Origin: Camelus dromedarius
Lineage: Eukaryota
Direction: 5' to 3'
Length of the DNA: 64,000 nt
Assembly (NCBI RefSeq): GCF_036321535.1
Contig: NC_087437.1
Location: forward strand, 38,628,001-38,692,000
Part shown: positions 62,660-64,000 of the stretch, piece by piece
Numbering within the stretch: the first letter of the stretch is position 1
Layout: every line of letters starts with the position of its first letter
Notes under the pieces: model-generated
What the model saw: the letters and a program-made list of their open reading frames with translations, nothing else
The model's database searches: none
What the model was told of the DNA's origin: nothing
Position numbers and translations under genes: made by a program

Positions 62660-64000
62660 TAGCTTTTAATCAGCTCGTTCACTCTTTATCTAATAAATCA
62701 CTTTTCTCCAGCTGCTGTCAAGATTTTACTCTCTAACTTGGTCTTTGGGCAATTTAGCCATGAAGTGCCTAGATACATTTTTCTTATAATTTATATAACT
62801 TGGGGTTCATTTAGGTTTCTGGATATAAAATTCAGTGTTTTTCACTAAATTTGTGAAAAATTTGGCCACTATTTCATCAAATATTTGTCTATTCATTTCT
62901 TTCTCTTCTTTTTGGTGTATAATTATGCCTATAATCGAAACACTTGATAAATCTCTGAGACCCAGGGTTTTTTTTTTTTTAATATTTTTGCTTTATATTG
63001 TTTGATATAGATAATTTCTATTGACTTACTTTAAAATGCACTCAGTTTTTGGTTTTCCATCTCAAATCTGTTGTATTTGTCTTGTGAACATTCATTTCAC
63101 TTATTGTACTTTTTTCATCTTTAGAGCTTTCCATTTTTTTCTCCTGTTTCCATTTGATCCTTTCACTCATTGAGATCATACTATTCTTTAATTATTCTCA
63201 CATTTTTTCTTTAATTATTTTAATATCTTTATCATAACTATTTGAAGTCTTAAGTAAATTCACAGTAACAACATATCAGAATACATTTCTATTAACTGCT
63301 TTTTTCTTTCTGTCTGAATTGGTCACATTTTCCTTTTTTGTTGTTTAGTTTATTTGTCTAGTAATTTTTGGCTAAAAACTAGACATTATATATAATACTT
63401 TGTACTAAATTTAAATTCTTTTATCGTCTTATAGAATTTGTGAGATTTTTGTTTTGGTAGACAATGAAGTTACCTGCACTCAAAATAAAAACTTTGTTTC
63501 CCTTATAACATGCTACCTCTTCTCAGTTCTTTCAGATTCTAGCTGCCTTTTTTTTTTTTCAAGCCTGGCCCCGAAAGATCTTCTCTGTGTCTAGACAGAT
63601 AATTTGGGTAGTTTATACTGAAAATTTTGTCCTCACCTGTCTCAGATTGTCTGATTTCTGCAGTTTCTCCTTTGAATTTCCAGCATCTTTGCCATCTGTG
63701 TGCTCTACCCTCTGATACCTCAAGATAATCAGGTTTCAGTTTTCTGCTTTTGAAGCTGCTCATATGTTCACAAATGCACAGCCAACAAAGCAAACTTACA
63801 AAGCTTACACAGTACAGTCCTTTCTTTCAAGGGTAAATTTCTCTCTGGTTTCTTTCTGCTTTTGAGGGAAGAAAAACCCTGGGGTCTATCCAGGGCATTC
63901 ATGTTAGGGATCAGTGAAGCATTTGGGAGGTGTGTATACAAATTTGAGTTCTATCCTTTCAGTTGTTCTATGGTACTCTTACGTCTAGCACTCTCTGTCT
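62660..64000 (-). mobile_element. Old L1 (L1ME/HAL1-like) ORF1/5' region, runs to the window edge
   Basis: TTTTCTCCAGCTGCTGTCAAGATTTT, CTTGGGGTTCATT, TTTGGCCACTATTTCATCAAATATTT, GATAATTTCTATTGAC, GGTCACATTTTCC. Confidence 0.7.

Noticed and set aside
1..64000. CRISPR array, operon or other prokaryotic-type system; CpG island; rRNA/snRNA genes
   Set aside because: No repeat-spacer array, long ORFs, CpG island or recognisable structural RNA gene; the content is mammalian interspersed repeats and unique non-coding DNA.

Overview
This is AT-rich, CpG-poor placental-mammal DNA, probably camelid. The basis is a tRNA-derived SINE resembling vic-1, cetartiodactyl-style L1 3' ends, and no Alu, Bov-tA/BovB, PRE-1, SINEC or ERE copies that I could recognise. 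I find no intact protein-coding gene. The ORF track is chance ORFs plus fragments of L1 ORF2 and ERV pol. The window reads as gene desert or deep intron. It holds a full-length, disabled RPL12 processed pseudogene nested in an old L1 5' end, and a degenerate class III (ERVL, LTR16/HERV16-like) provirus with LTR, Leu-type PBS, gag and pro-RT-RNaseH remnants. It also holds a young CpG-rich ERV2-like solo LTR, many MaLR/ERV LTRs, L1, L2, MIR and DNA-transposon relics, and several unique segments that look regulatory. I cannot support a new biological system. The best leads are the promoter/first-exon-like segment at about 44.2-44.7 kb, an unidentified polyadenylated insert inside an MLT2 LTR, cryptic gag-like segments, and two hairpin/motif clusters. 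Repeat family names come from recalled consensus sequences, not a search. Boundaries are approximate unless termini or target-site duplications (TSDs) are quoted.
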